From an uncultured Gammaproteobacteria bacterium (GTDB taxonomy: Bacteria > Patescibacteriota > Patescibacteriia > UBA9934 > GWF2-40-263): DNA of 37,309 nt. The translations under genes and the position numbers were made by a program. This document shows positions 15,050-25,953 of this stretch, one piece after another (position 1 is the first letter of the stretch; each line of letters begins with the position of its first letter). The DNA is taken from NCBI GenBank assembly GCA_964538435.1, contig CAZIDX010000005.1:35802-73110 (forward strand). The letters are read 5' to 3'. A model generated the notes under the pieces. It did no database searches and was not told where the DNA came from. It worked only from the letters and a program-made list of their open reading frames with translations.

Positions 15050-16162
15050 TTATTTGTGTGCGCTACCGATGGCTTCTGAGATGTTTTTGAAGCCGTCTTT
15101 TTTGAGAAGTTTAACCAATCCTTTATTGATGCGCCCAACTACCTGTGGTCCTTCGTAGATCATTCCTGTGATCATCCCAACGAGAGAGGCACCGAGCTTG
15201 ATTTTCTCGTAAGCATCGTTTGCATTGAAGACTCCACCGACACCTACAATCACGTAACGATCACCAGCTGCTTGATATGCGTGTGAGATAAGATTGTTTG
15301 CTAAGTCGCTTGTTGATGCCCCGCTTATACCCCCAACATTGATCCCTTTAATCTCATCCTGATCGACTGAAACAAGCCTGCGATTCTTTGTGAGGTTAGA
15401 AAGGATAAGTCCATGCACGTGATGCTTGTCGCAGACCTGGATGAGCTCGTCGAGCTCGTGGGTTGAGATGTCGACTGGGAGCTTGAGCATGACTGGCTTG
15501 AAGACCTTTTCTTTGTCGATGGCTGCCAGGAGCAGGTCGAGGCGCTCGGGTGCGGTGAAAGGCTCACCTCCGAATGCATTTGGGCATGAGATGTTGATCA
15601 CGAAAAAGTCTCCGGTGTTTTTCAAGGTCTTTACCGCTTTGATGTAGTCTCGGATTCCCGCTTCGAGCTCTACGGTTGTGTCGTCGTTGGTCTTGGCAAT
15701 GCTCACACCAATTGGGAAACGGAACTTTAGTTTTGAAAGACGTTTGCTAATCGCTTCACACCCGTCGTTCATGAGGCCGTAGAAGACCACCAAGCCTTTT
15801 GACCTTGGAAGTCGCCAGAGTCGCGGGCGCTCGCTGTTTCCTGCGCATGGCTCGCCAGTGATTGATCCAATGACCTCGAACCCGAATCCAACTGATGGGA
15901 GGATCTGGGTGAGACGTGCGTTTTTATCAAACCCTGCGACGAGTCCGATTGGGTTCTTGAACTTGATACCGAGCACGGTCTGCTTGAGCCGGCGACTCTT
16001 GTATGAAAAGAGTAGCGCAGCAATAGCTCGTGAGAGCGGGCACTTGCCTAGATAGTGTCCGGATGAGACAAAGAAGTCGTGGATGGCTTCCGGATCAAAC
16101 TTAAACAAGATTGGTTTGAGAAGATTGCGATATAGGAGTCCTTGTATTCGTGGAAATAGCAT
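15050..16162 (-). CDS. pyrD: dihydroorotate dehydrogenase (quinone-type, class 2-like)
   Basis: IGLVAGFDKN, GFGFEVIGSIT, NISCPN, GGISG, VGVGGV motifs. Start trimmed to MLFPRIQ at 16162 because the longer call runs through the structured element. Confidence 0.8.
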   Translation of the reverse strand: MLFPRIQGLLYRNLLKPILFKFDPEAIHDFFVSSGHYLGKCPLSRAIAALLFSYKSRRLKQTVLGIKFKNPIGLVAGFDKNARLTQILPSVGFGFEVIGSITGEPCAGNSERPRLWRLPRSKGLVVFYGLMNDGCEAISKRLSKLKFRFPIGVSIAKTNDDTTVELEAGIRDYIKAVKTLKNTGDFFVINISCPNAFGGEPFTAPERLDLLLAAIDKEKVFKPVMLKLPVDISTHELDELIQVCDKHHVHGLILSNLTKNRRLVSVDQDEIKGINVGGISGASTSDLANNLISHAYQAAGDRYVIVGVGGVFNANDAYEKIKLGASLVGMITGMIYEGPQVVGRINKGLVKLLKKDGFKNISEAIGSAHK

Positions 16163-16180
16163 ACGTGTTTTCAGACTTAT

Positions 16181-16303
16181 GACCACCCCAAAATCAGATG
16201 AGATTTCCTTAAATGGGGAAACGAGCCACCGAGGCGTACTTAACATACGGCGAGGTGGTCGTGGGGCCCCATGAAAGGAAATATCGCTGATTTTGAGGTG
16301 GTC
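16181..16303 (+). ncRNA. candidate structured RNA element, copy B
   Basis: Outer stem CAAAATCAG / CTGATTTTG, AAUGGGG ... CCACC/GGUGG ... GGGGCCCCAUGA. Same orientation as copy A at 4548-4640, with compensatory changes. Confidence 0.4.
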
Positions 16304-16353
16304 ACGAATCAAAAAACAGCTAAGGATATATTAGCTGTTTTTTGTATTTTGAT

Positions 16354-16713
16354 CTAGATTCCTAGGTCATCTACAGACGCGTCGTCTACAGTGCTGAAAT
16401 CGTCGCTTGGTGCTGCTTCGGTGCTGGTTTCAGCATCTTCACGGCGTGGGCGGCGAGATCCTTCTGGCTCATAGATCTTAAGGTTAACGCGAGCGTTTTC
16501 CTTAGCACCTACGATTTTGAGAAGGGTTCGTACTGCACGAGCTGTCTGACCTTGTCGACCAATGACATAACCCATGTCTTCTGGGTTGATGTGGAGAGTG
16601 ATGAGTACACCACGCTCGTCAACGATGCGTTCTGTTTTAACGTCATTTGGGTTGTTGACGATTCCGCGGATAATGTACTCCACGAACTCCTGATCGAACT
16701 GTTTGTCAGCCAT
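16354..16713 (-). CDS. KH-domain RNA-binding protein (YlqC/UPF0109-like) with acidic tail
   Basis: VIGRQGQTARAVRTLL is a KH GXXG-loop signature. 119 aa. Confidence 0.75.
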   Translation of the reverse strand: MADKQFDQEFVEYIIRGIVNNPNDVKTERIVDERGVLITLHINPEDMGYVIGRQGQTARAVRTLLKIVGAKENARVNLKIYEPEGSRRPRREDAETSTEAAPSDDFSTVDDASVDDLGI

Positions 16714-16910
16714 AGCTAATTCATCAGTTGTTATCGAATCTTTGTTTACCCCTCTTGTCGTCTGTCGACCTGCGCAGCATGACGCGTGCTCAGACAGAGA
16801 AAGTGAACGGAAAGTAGCATAGCTGAAATTTGGGTTTTTGTCAATCTTAAGGCATTAAACCTCAAGTTTTTGACCTATTTTTTCTTTCCCCAATTTTCCC
16901 CCAAAAGCCC

Positions 16911-16945
16911 TTGACAGGTTTTCCATACTTTATTACAATGCGCGC
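16911..16945 (+). promoter_or_regulatory. rRNA promoter
   Basis: TTGACA, 17 nt, TACAAT, about 160 nt upstream of the 16S gene. Leader processing-stem hairpins at 17004-17035 and 17055-17072. Confidence 0.55.
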
Positions 16946-17097
16946 GCTGGTTGAAGGAATCAGCAGACAGTTTGATCCTTACAAAAAAATACATTTCCAC
17001 ATCACATAAAGACAATGGTTGTCTATTATGTGATTGCAACGTTTATTCCAATACCCTCACTTTATGTGAGGAAGCAGAGTCTTGATAACTCAAGATT

Positions 17098-18597
<1,500 letters not shown>

Positions 18598-18737
18598 GGG
18601 ATATCTATCTATGGAAACATAGAAGCATGATCCTAGGTCGAGATTAGTCTCAGACTAATCGGAATCTCAAGTTCGCTTGAGATGAGATAGCCGAATAAAC
18701 GATGCAATCACTTAGTGGATAACAAAAATGTATTTCC

Positions 18738-18768
18738 CGGCGAAAGCCGGGTTTTTTGTTGTATCAAA
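18738..18768 (+). terminator. intrinsic terminator directly after 16S (no ITS tRNA, no 23S)
   Basis: CCCGGC-GAAA-GCCGGG then TTTTTTGTTGTATC. Confidence 0.7.
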
Positions 18769-18792
18769 AAACCAGGAGATGAGTCCTGATTT

Positions 18793-19650
18793 TTATTTGT
18801 TTTTTATTACCTTTACTACTTTATTATCTGGATCAGGATTTCCATCTGGGAATGAAACGACTCTGTACTCTTTGCATGAAGCAAATATCTTTTTTGAAAC
18901 ACGCCCTTCAAAAATCTCTTCGGGGACATAGGGGGTCAGTTCCAAATCGTTGAAAACTGAGATGATTGGAATCCAGATCCAAGTTCGTTCACCCCGAGTT
19001 AGGTTGTTGAAGTCTTGCAGAATAAATAGGAACAAGGCTAGTGTTGTGGCAAGGATTGGAATAGTAATCAGCATGAAGATAGAGCCGTCGTTTTGCAGAA
19101 AAAGGCAAATCCAGATCACAACAATGAGCGCAAAAAGGCTTCCCCATTCATGCTTAGACATCTTTGATTTCACTAGGTGCGAAATTTCTCTACTGTTTCG
19201 CATAACAGCCTCGATATGCCCTATTGCATAGTATGCTGCGTGGTTTTGCATAACAGTGCGTGGACGCAGATCAAGCACGAAGTCATTAAGCTTGAGAAGT
19301 GTTCTTGTGGATTTATCGATGTCTTCCAACCTATAATCGAGTTGCAAAATGAAATGATCTTCGATCAGCTTGAGGCACTTCTTACTCTTGGTTTTCCCAA
19401 ACAGTGAGACTGATCGGTACAAATGAAGTAAACGTGCATCATTTTCTCGGAGTCGTGTTCGAATCTGTGATATTCTCCTATTCCGTCCCGAGAGCAAGAA
19501 CCCCACAATAATTGCGAAGGTGAATGTTGTAATTGAAAGAACAATAGTAACAATCTCAGAATCGACACGTGGTTGAGGCAAAACAAAATACACCGCCAGG
19601 TATATGAGGTAAAAGAATGGGATTTGAAAAGCCGTTTTCCTCCATGACAT
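18793..19650 (-). CDS. multi-pass membrane protein, hypothetical
   Basis: 285 aa, several hydrophobic helices, about 35% GC. Flanked by 18-nt direct repeats GGGTTTTTTGTTGTATC (18749-18765 and 19718-19735). Confidence 0.6.
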   Translation of the reverse strand: MSWRKTAFQIPFFYLIYLAVYFVLPQPRVDSEIVTIVLSITTFTFAIIVGFLLSGRNRRISQIRTRLRENDARLLHLYRSVSLFGKTKSKKCLKLIEDHFILQLDYRLEDIDKSTRTLLKLNDFVLDLRPRTVMQNHAAYYAIGHIEAVMRNSREISHLVKSKMSKHEWGSLFALIVVIWICLFLQNDGSIFMLITIPILATTLALFLFILQDFNNLTRGERTWIWIPIISVFNDLELTPYVPEEIFEGRVSKKIFASCKEYRVVSFPDGNPDPDNKVVKVIKNK

Positions 19651-19994
19651 ACTGAAGATAGTTTACCATAATTTGACCAGATATTTTTGAGTGGACCTCA
19701 CCTTCTTGGTGCAAGCTGGGGTTTTTTGTTGTATCTATTGACAAAGAGGGGTTTTTGTGAAAAAGTTTTCAGTTCTCGATTAAGAGAGCGGCCCCTGGAA
19801 AGGAGAGAGGGATGTTCTTCTCGAATTGGGATATGACAGTTCATGCTGCTCAGCAGGTCACTTCGGTCTCTATCAACGATGTACTCCTTCTTGCATGTTA
19901 CTTCCTGATGGCATTGGGGATGTGTCTGAGTGATGGACACACAGGTCTTTTCCGCGCCGGTGTTGTCAGAAATCATCAGAAGGGCAGGTGATCC

Positions 19995-20603
19995 ATGCAA
20001 CGTCTTTTGATTCTGGGTGCTTTCGTGATTGTGGCTGGATGCTGCTGCGCTGAGAGTAATACACCCTTGATGCCACCAGGTGTTCCAGTCACCCCAGAGG
20101 TCGTCGAGACCAACGAGCCCGAGTTCGTTCGTGATGAGCTCAAGGAGCCGCGGCCGTACTCCATGGAGCTGTGTGTGTCTCCGATCACAGATGGTGAGGG
20201 GCAGATCCATGTTCACGCGCAGCAGATGGCAGACTTCTGCAACGACTACGAGTATGTGGATGTGACCCCAGGCGACAACTGGAGTTGCGGCACATACAAC
20301 CTGATCGAGTCGGATGCAAACTGCTTGCTGGATCGACCCGTAACCATGTTCATCAGCAGTATGGGCTGGGTCGAGTACGACACACTTCGTGTTCGCACGA
20401 CTCGCTGGTGCGAAGAGGATAGTGACTACTGCACGGACTTAATCACACTCCCCTCAGTGGGCGGAGGCAAGTTCGTCTTCATGGCGGACCTGCAGATTCC
20501 TCACATTACGCTGGGGCAGGATCCTCCGAAGGAATCTGTAGCGAGTGGGGCCGAGCCAACCTCTGAGGCCCATGACCTTCTCGAGAACGAGCATCTGCGC
20601 TAA
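19995..20603 (+). CDS. lipoprotein, hypothetical (Cys-rich)
   Basis: Signal + lipobox MQRLLILGAFVIVAGCC. High GC. Followed by hairpin ACGGACCC-CCA-GGGTCCGT + TTTCTTATT terminator at 20612-20640. Confidence 0.6.
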   Translation: MQRLLILGAFVIVAGCCCAESNTPLMPPGVPVTPEVVETNEPEFVRDELKEPRPYSMELCVSPITDGEGQIHVHAQQMADFCNDYEYVDVTPGDNWSCGTYNLIESDANCLLDRPVTMFISSMGWVEYDTLRVRTTRWCEEDSDYCTDLITLPSVGGGKFVFMADLQIPHITLGQDPPKESVASGAEPTSEAHDLLENEHLR

Positions 20604-20747
20604 GCGCGCAACGGACGGACCCCCAGGGTCCGTTTTCTTATTAATGTACTCACCTTACTTGCCGCACTTTTCTACCCAAACTTTAATCCTCACCCTTGAC
20701 AGCACTTCGAATCCCTGGCATTCCGAATTGGTAAGATGGCAATGTAA

Positions 20748-20781
20748 CCACTAAAGGACCGATCGGACCTTATATGGATAG
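20748..20781. repeat. 34-bp perfect direct repeat, copy 1 (CCACTAAAGGACCGATCGGACCTTATATGGATAG)
   Basis: Identical copy at 21302-21335. Copy 1 contains the start codon of the enclosed gene. Confidence 0.9.
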
Positions 20782-21298
20782 AAGAACACGAAAAACCAAG
20801 CACGGCTCAAGAGCCTCTGATATTCTTCTGGAGCTTCTCAATGCAACAGATCTGCTTTTTGAAAATATTCATCAGCCTGGCCTTGCTTTTCGCTACGGTT
20901 TAGAGAACGCAATCGAGATTCGAAACAATCGGGAACGGTGGTTACAAAATCGAGAAGTAAAACGTCTTGAAAAACGGAAGCTGGTTGAAATAAACAAAAT
21001 CGCCGATAAGTATCATGTTTGTTTAACAGACGAAGGTAAAATCGAGGCGCTTCGACTTGCAATACTTGAAGCTAATCTTCTACCTGAGGGACAGGACTGT
21101 ATTGTGATGTTTGATATCCCTGAATCAAAACGCAAGCTACGAAAACAAATCCGAGAGCTATTAAAAGAAGCTGGGTTCTTTTGTATCCAAAGAAGCGTCT
21201 GGATGTCTCCTTTTGATGCAGCCGAAGCTTTTTCAGCGTACTTCAGATCAGTTAACGGCCATGATCGGGTGCGGGTGTATACTGGCGTTAGATGTTAA
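20774..21298 (+). CDS. winged-HTH protein with Cas2-like C-terminal domain (PaaX-like?)
   Basis: N-terminal wHTH (LEKRKLVEINK...LTDEGK). C-terminus VMFDIPESKRKLRKQIRELLKEAGFFCIQRSVWMS resembles the Cas2 motif hhhYDI..kRr.kl.k.L..yG.rvQnSVf. About 42% GC inside a high-GC block. Confidence 0.5.
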   Translation: MDRRTRKTKHGSRASDILLELLNATDLLFENIHQPGLAFRYGLENAIEIRNNRERWLQNREVKRLEKRKLVEINKIADKYHVCLTDEGKIEALRLAILEANLLPEGQDCIVMFDIPESKRKLRKQIRELLKEAGFFCIQRSVWMSPFDAAEAFSAYFRSVNGHDRVRVYTGVRC

Positions 21299-21301
21299 TA
21301 T

Positions 21302-21335
21302 CCACTAAAGGACCGATCGGACCTTATATGGATAG
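21302..21335. repeat. 34-bp direct repeat copy 2
   Basis: Perfect match to 20748-20781. Followed by a truncated duplicate start (MDRLELHN...). Confidence 0.9.
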
Positions 21336-21423
21336 GCTTGAACTTCACAATCCATCAAGTGATCCACAATGCCAATATTGACAATTACCTTCTTCCTTGT
21401 TGCAATACAAGTAACCCTATCCT

Positions 21424-21460
21424 CCCCGTCTGCGCATAGTGCGCGGTCGGGGTTTTTCGT
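21424..21460 (+). terminator. intrinsic terminator
   Basis: CCCCGTCTGCGCATAGTGCGCGGTCGGGG then TTTTTCGTT. Confidence 0.55.
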
Positions 21461-21483
21461 TCCTTTCACAACTGGAGTGTGAT

Positions 21484-22266
21484 ATGCGACATCTGATTCT
21501 CGTACTCTTTTTCCTGATCCCGAGCCCTGTGTGGGCTCAAAGTGATCAAGATGATGGGTTGCTTTGGGTTGCCCTGAATCTTGTAGACGCGCTTGAGCCT
21601 GGGCAACCAGTGATCGAGAGCGACTGGACGATTCCCTGCTCTGAGCAGAACACGCTCGATCCCCTACCTCACGGCTTTTCGCTCGAGCATGCTGATCGAG
21701 AGCTACCAAACGAACTTTGCGAGAGCGCGCTCGATGTGCGTGTGGGCGGCTGGATCAATGACCAGTTCGTGTTTTGCCGAACACTGTGGTGGCAACCAGG
21801 ACAGGACGGCACGAACATGATTGGGATCCCGCGCGAAGGGACTCGGACTGTGAAGATCGTCTTGCCTGAGAAAATCCAGATTGGTCAGGAGGTGTACCAG
21901 GCTCCTGAGCAAATCTTACTGCGCCCAACCGGAGTTGAGCGGATCGTGGAGATCGATGTGGAGCTGCGGCGTCTACCGTCAGTAGATCTCGTTGTGGATG
22001 CAGAGCATGCAGACCCGCGCGAGCTACTGGATGCTCGCGCAATCTGGGTTACGGATTCGAGAGCATTCCTTGATCTCGATCTGTTCACGATCAGAGCTCC
22101 GCGAGGGTTTGCACTTGAGGCAGAGGCTACAGATCGGTTTGGGCTTACGCGCTCAATCACGCCCGCTGTACGTCCTGCTGTGTACGTAGATCTCTACGGA
22201 TACTACGGTTGGAGCTTTCAGGTTCGCGTGGTGCCCAAACACCCTGAGCACACTGCAAAACGATAA
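21484..22266 (+). CDS. secreted hypothetical protein
   Basis: GGAGTG RBS. Signal peptide MRHLILVLFFLIPSPVWAQS. High GC. The 275-aa ORF-track call is trimmed. Confidence 0.6.
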   Translation: MRHLILVLFFLIPSPVWAQSDQDDGLLWVALNLVDALEPGQPVIESDWTIPCSEQNTLDPLPHGFSLEHADRELPNELCESALDVRVGGWINDQFVFCRTLWWQPGQDGTNMIGIPREGTRTVKIVLPEKIQIGQEVYQAPEQILLRPTGVERIVEIDVELRRLPSVDLVVDAEHADPRELLDARAIWVTDSRAFLDLDLFTIRAPRGFALEAEATDRFGLTRSITPAVRPAVYVDLYGYYGWSFQVRVVPKHPEHTAKR

Positions 22267-22271
22267 TCAAA

Positions 22272-22305
22272 AAGACGAGGTACGCAACCTCGTCTTTCTA
22301 TTCTT
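22272..22305. terminator. bidirectional terminator
   Basis: AAGACGAGGT-ACGCAA-CCTCGTCTT flanked by T-runs. Separates the plus gene from the minus ASCH gene. Confidence 0.6.
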
Positions 22306-22636
22306 CTTTTTCTACCTTTCGAAATCCAATCTTTACAGCTCCAAATTCTTTTTCTTTTTCCTCTGAGTAGTACGTTCGCATCCTATTGATGAATTCTTCT
22401 TTTTTGCATTTACCCTTCAGCTCTGAGTCTTCGTACATTGCGCCAAAGTCTGGATAAACCGAGATGGAAGTAATCTCTATGAGTAAAACCTCATCAAGAT
22501 CGGGGCGCTTTCGAAGTCGGATGTAATCATTTACTTCGAGCTGCCTGCGCTTTGCATCAAAGACACGATACTCCTCTGTCTTTTCACCAGCTTTGATCCT
22601 CTCAAACGGTTTTGGATGTAATCTCATTTCTGTCAT
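22298..22636 (-). CDS. ASCH/PUA-like domain protein
   Basis: MTEMRLHPKPFERIKAGEKTEEYRVFD fits an ASCH fold. Start trimmed because the ORF-track extension translates the tRNA genes. Confidence 0.55.
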   Translation of the reverse strand: MTEMRLHPKPFERIKAGEKTEEYRVFDAKRRQLEVNDYIRLRKRPDLDEVLLIEITSISVYPDFGAMYEDSELKGKCKKEEFINRMRTYYSEEKEKEFGAVKIGFRKVEKEE

Positions 22637-22670
22637 AACAATTTGATTTATGAAAAACAGCCACAACGTG

Positions 22671-22745
22671 ACTGGTTTTCTGGTGCCGAGGGTGAGAATT
22701 GAACTCACGACACGAGGATTTTCAGTCCTCTGCTCTACCACTGAG
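22671..22745 (-). tRNA. tRNA-Phe (GAA)
   Basis: Reverse complement GCCGAGGTAGCTCAGTGGTAGAGCAGAGGACTGAAAATCCTCGTGTCGTGAGTTCAATTCTCACCCTCGGCACCA. Cloverleaf with anticodon GAA, encoded CCA. Confidence 0.9.
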
Positions 22746-22746
22746 C

Positions 22747-22823
22747 TACCTCGGCGTGGTGGGTGTGGGAGGACTTGAACCTCCGACCTCGTCCTTATCA
22801 GGGACGCGCTCTAACCACCTGAG
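22747..22823 (-). tRNA. tRNA-Ile (GAU)
   Basis: Reverse complement GGGTGTGTAGCTCAGGTGGTTAGAGCGCGTCCCTGATAAGGACGAGGTCGGAGGTTCAAGTCCTCCCACACCCACCA. Anticodon GAT. 1-nt spacer to tRNA-Phe. Confidence 0.9.
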
Positions 22824-23048
22824 CTACACACCCATAGAAAGATTGCCTGAAACTGGCGACCTATTGGCTCTGCGCTGTGCGCGCTCAGTCGACGCACGTT
22901 TCAGTACGTCTCCATCGCGTGCTCGCGCATCACCAATATCTCATCCAGTTTCAACCAATCTTTGTTCTATGCTTTTGTTGAAATTTGAAGGGAACGACAA
23001 TAGTTTACAAGAATCTGCTGAAGCGGTCAAGGCTTGTTTGAGGCGGTT

Positions 23049-23429
23049 TTACTCCTCTGAAACCTCTGTGACAACCACAGGATCTACAGCCATCTCAACA
23101 TGCAGACCACGGCTAACTGTTCCCGAATCAAGACTAATATCTGCGTGCCTAACCCCTACCTCTGGGATGGTGAGTGAAAGCGTGCAGGTTGCGTCTGTTG
23201 TAACAAGTTCATTTGCAGAAAAGTTTACGTCGGCTTGAAGCTGAATGAGAAGCTCGTTCATACAACCATCGAGCTGGCTGCGAACTTGGGTTGCCATGGC
23301 GCCTTGGTTGGTGTCAACAAATGCATCAATGCTCGCACGCGAGAGAATGATAAAAGCAGACACTGAAGCTAGACCAAGGATGATGACTGTGAAAAGCAAC
23401 ACTGTTCCGTTTTGATCATTTCGTATCAT
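23049..23429 (-). CDS. pilus-associated membrane protein (non-canonical prepilin-like N-terminus)
   Basis: N-terminal hydrophobic segment. Last gene of the pilus operon. Confidence 0.45.
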   Translation of the reverse strand: MIRNDQNGTVLLFTVIILGLASVSAFIILSRASIDAFVDTNQGAMATQVRSQLDGCMNELLIQLQADVNFSANELVTTDATCTLSLTIPEVGVRHADISLDSGTVSRGLHVEMAVDPVVVTEVSEE

Positions 23430-23971
23430 AGTTCTGTTGTGTGAGGCTGGAGATGTACTGTTGCCTGAGAAGAAAATATGGACGATCGGAAGGCACCGAG
23501 TCCTGCGTTGAGCATTTCGATCTGAAGCGCAATGTTTATACCTGTAAGATCATAAGTTGAGTCTCGAACCGGATCAATTTGCCAACGTGTTACGTTCATG
23601 TCAGCGTCTGTGAGGAAATAGGCACCTGACCCATCATTGAGTTGAAGTCGATGCACGGTTTGTTCTCCTGTTGGAAACTGTTCGAGTGTCTCGATCACAC
23701 TGATTGTAAGTGTCTGACTTTCATCATCGACAAACACAAGCTCGCTTTCAGTTTCACCTAGTGTGGACGCGGTGATGTTTATTGAGTCAGCTGCTGTCAT
23801 CTCGTACGTGAACCAGTTGTTGATCATGCCTGCTTTTTGTTCCATGCGAATACGTGGATCCACAAGCTGAAACTGATCAGAAAGGCTAATTGAAAATACT
23901 GTCGCGGAAGGAAGGATGATTCCGAGAATAGCAATGTAAAAAATTGTTTCAATCAGGCTAAAGCCTTTCAT
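23426..23971 (-). CDS. type IV minor pilin (prepilin-type N-terminus)
   Basis: MKGFSLIETIFYIAILGI: G/FSLIE class III signal motif. Confidence 0.7.
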   Translation of the reverse strand: MKGFSLIETIFYIAILGIILPSATVFSISLSDQFQLVDPRIRMEQKAGMINNWFTYEMTAADSINITASTLGETESELVFVDDESQTLTISVIETLEQFPTGEQTVHRLQLNDGSGAYFLTDADMNVTRWQIDPVRDSTYDLTGINIALQIEMLNAGLGAFRSSIFSSQATVHLQPHTTEL

Positions 23972-23972
23972 A

Positions 23973-25427
23973 CTAATAGAGAGTAAAGTCTCCGGAATTC
24001 ACCGTAGATCCGTCTGTGCACTCAAGCTGAATATTGAACGTTCGTCCGCTCATACTCGATCCAAACTTGATCATGCTTATCTCTTCTGATTCACCGCTGT
24101 AGATAGCGTTGTCTTCTCCGTCTAATTGCGTGCCGCTGTATTGGTTCCCCGATGGTGTTCCTGGACCGTATTTTGACCAGAATGTAATACCTTCAAAATC
24201 AATCTCTTGGATGCTTGCTCCTGAATCATATGTCACAGTTGCCTTGTCCACCATGACCGCTTGCGCAGCACATCCACAGTCAGGTTCTGGGTACTCATCG
24301 CACCCCTCTCCGGAATCTAGTGTTGTTAGCATGACCAGGTCTTGCATATCAAACGCTGGGCTGTCTGGATCTGATGATCCAAGCTCCCAAAGGCAAAGTA
24401 CTTGGTTGTCTTGAATGACAACTGTTCCTGTTTCTTCATCAAGGTAAGGCTCGAGAAATTCTTCAATTGAGGGTTGTCCTTCGTATGGATCAAACTCTGG
24501 TGGCTGCTCACCATTTAGTACGCAAATGGCCTGTACGGGGTCTGTTGACCAATAAATGTTTGAATAGCTTCCTAAATCGGCTTCTGCTCGAATGGTGAAT
24601 GTTGAGCCTTCTTCTGCAAGATCTGTCCAGGTCTCTCCACCATCAACGTCTTGATAGCCCCAGAGTTCGTATTCGTCATATGTTTCATCTGGGTGATCCA
24701 CGCGCACCAATACATACACTGGCACTTCGGGCCCACCTTGACCAAACGAAATCGCAGATCCGATGACCTCTGCTGTGAGTTCAACACACTCGTTCATGGT
24801 GACTTCTCCGTCGTCTTCTGTGTAACCACCATCATCCCCGCCTTCATAACAACAACACTCGTGCTCCACAAATACATCTCGCATCCGATAGTTCCACCAA
24901 TAGAGATCAGCTTGCGAGGTATCAAACGCCAGGCACTCACACATCCCACCTCCTTCTGTAAAACAATCCCCCTGAGGCTCTTCCCAATTTGTGCGTAACG
25001 CACTTAGAGCTACTGTCTGAGGATTTCCTCGATTATCAGTCCATGAAACCTCACTGATAAGTTCGTAGCTATCAATGTCTTCATCCCCCCCTTCTTCTAC
25101 TTCGCAAGACTCACTTCGCCCCACAGCTTCAACTCTTACTATGCGAGACATCCCTGCGGTTAGCAGTTCTGGGCCATCCTGCCCAAGTGACCATTGCTCT
25201 GTTGCATACGCTAGTGATCCTATGTCTGTTTCGTAAAGATCATCAAAATCCATTGTTTTCAGTGCCTCGAGCCCTTCTTGAGCACGCCAGAGCGCTTGCT
25301 CGCGCGTGAGTCCTTCGGCACTAAGTGTGTTTGATAAAAACACCACCCCAAGTGCTCCAGTAAACAGCAGGGCAGCGATCCCAAGCGCAATGAGCGCTTC
25401 GAGGAATGAGTATCCTTGTTCATTCAT
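23973..25427 (-). CDS. large Cys-rich prepilin-like protein (484 aa), candidate tip/adhesin pilin
   Basis: MNEQGYSFLEALIALGIAALLF prepilin motif. Many Cys clusters (CFTEGGGMCEC, ECCCYEGGDDGG, CDEYPEPDCGC). Confidence 0.65.
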   Translation of the reverse strand: MNEQGYSFLEALIALGIAALLFTGALGVVFLSNTLSAEGLTREQALWRAQEGLEALKTMDFDDLYETDIGSLAYATEQWSLGQDGPELLTAGMSRIVRVEAVGRSESCEVEEGGDEDIDSYELISEVSWTDNRGNPQTVALSALRTNWEEPQGDCFTEGGGMCECLAFDTSQADLYWWNYRMRDVFVEHECCCYEGGDDGGYTEDDGEVTMNECVELTAEVIGSAISFGQGGPEVPVYVLVRVDHPDETYDEYELWGYQDVDGGETWTDLAEEGSTFTIRAEADLGSYSNIYWSTDPVQAICVLNGEQPPEFDPYEGQPSIEEFLEPYLDEETGTVVIQDNQVLCLWELGSSDPDSPAFDMQDLVMLTTLDSGEGCDEYPEPDCGCAAQAVMVDKATVTYDSGASIQEIDFEGITFWSKYGPGTPSGNQYSGTQLDGEDNAIYSGESEEISMIKFGSSMSGRTFNIQLECTDGSTVNSGDFTLY

Positions 25428-25953
25428 ATGAGAGCTCTCTAGTAATAAATCCTTGCGGAGTAATTACAACTTGGCGCGTTTCTCCAAAGATCTCAATTTC
25501 AACACTTCCGTATTGGGCTGTTGAGCCTGTGCGTGATTGAAATACGATTTCTGTGTCATTTCCGGTAGGGGTATCTTCTCCGCTAAAATCTGCTGAGATA
25601 AATTCTACTCCTGATGGATAGGCATATGGTGTGTCTTTGGACTGATCTCGGGTCGTATAGCTTTGTCCTGCAAAGACAATAATTTCATCTGTTGTTCGTT
25701 CAACTGGATCATAGGGGATATACAGACCCCAGTTTGAATTCGCCTCACCTGCTTGTGCGCGACGTGCTGCTGTGATCAAAATGTCCGCAAGTGCAATATC
25801 AGCTGAATTGACACGCATTTGTTTTGAAAGAAGCGTTCCAGCAAAGGCTGAGAGTGAAACAAGGGTCACAAAAATTACTAACATAACAAAGGTCTCAACA
25901 ATTGTGAGACCTCTTTGATCACTCTTGATTTTAGAAAGATCCAACCACTTCAT
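25420..25953 (-). CDS. type IV minor pilin
   Basis: QRGLTIVETFVMLVIFVTLVSL prepilin motif. Confidence 0.7.
   Translation of the reverse strand: MKWLDLSKIKSDQRGLTIVETFVMLVIFVTLVSLSAFAGTLLSKQMRVNSADIALADILITAARRAQAGEANSNWGLYIPYDPVERTTDEIIVFAGQSYTTRDQSKDTPYAYPSGVEFISADFSGEDTPTGNDTEIVFQSRTGSTAQYGSVEIEIFGETRQVVITPQGFITRELSYE

Noticed and set aside
15050-16312. 420-aa pyrD call
   Set aside because: The N-terminal 50 aa translate the structured element B. DHODH homology begins at MLFPRIQ (start 16162).
18598-18740. ITS tRNAs or a 23S start after the 16S
   Set aside because: Only small hairpins and a terminator are present, with no cloverleaf-compatible sequence.
20700-22300. CRISPR array or cas operon near the Cas2-like gene
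   Set aside because: No short regularly spaced repeats and no cas1 or other cas genes are present. Only the Cas2-like fold motif is seen.
22637-22741. N-terminus of ORF 22298..22741 (VVSSILTLGT...)
   Set aside because: It is a translation of the tRNA-Phe and tRNA-Ile genes.
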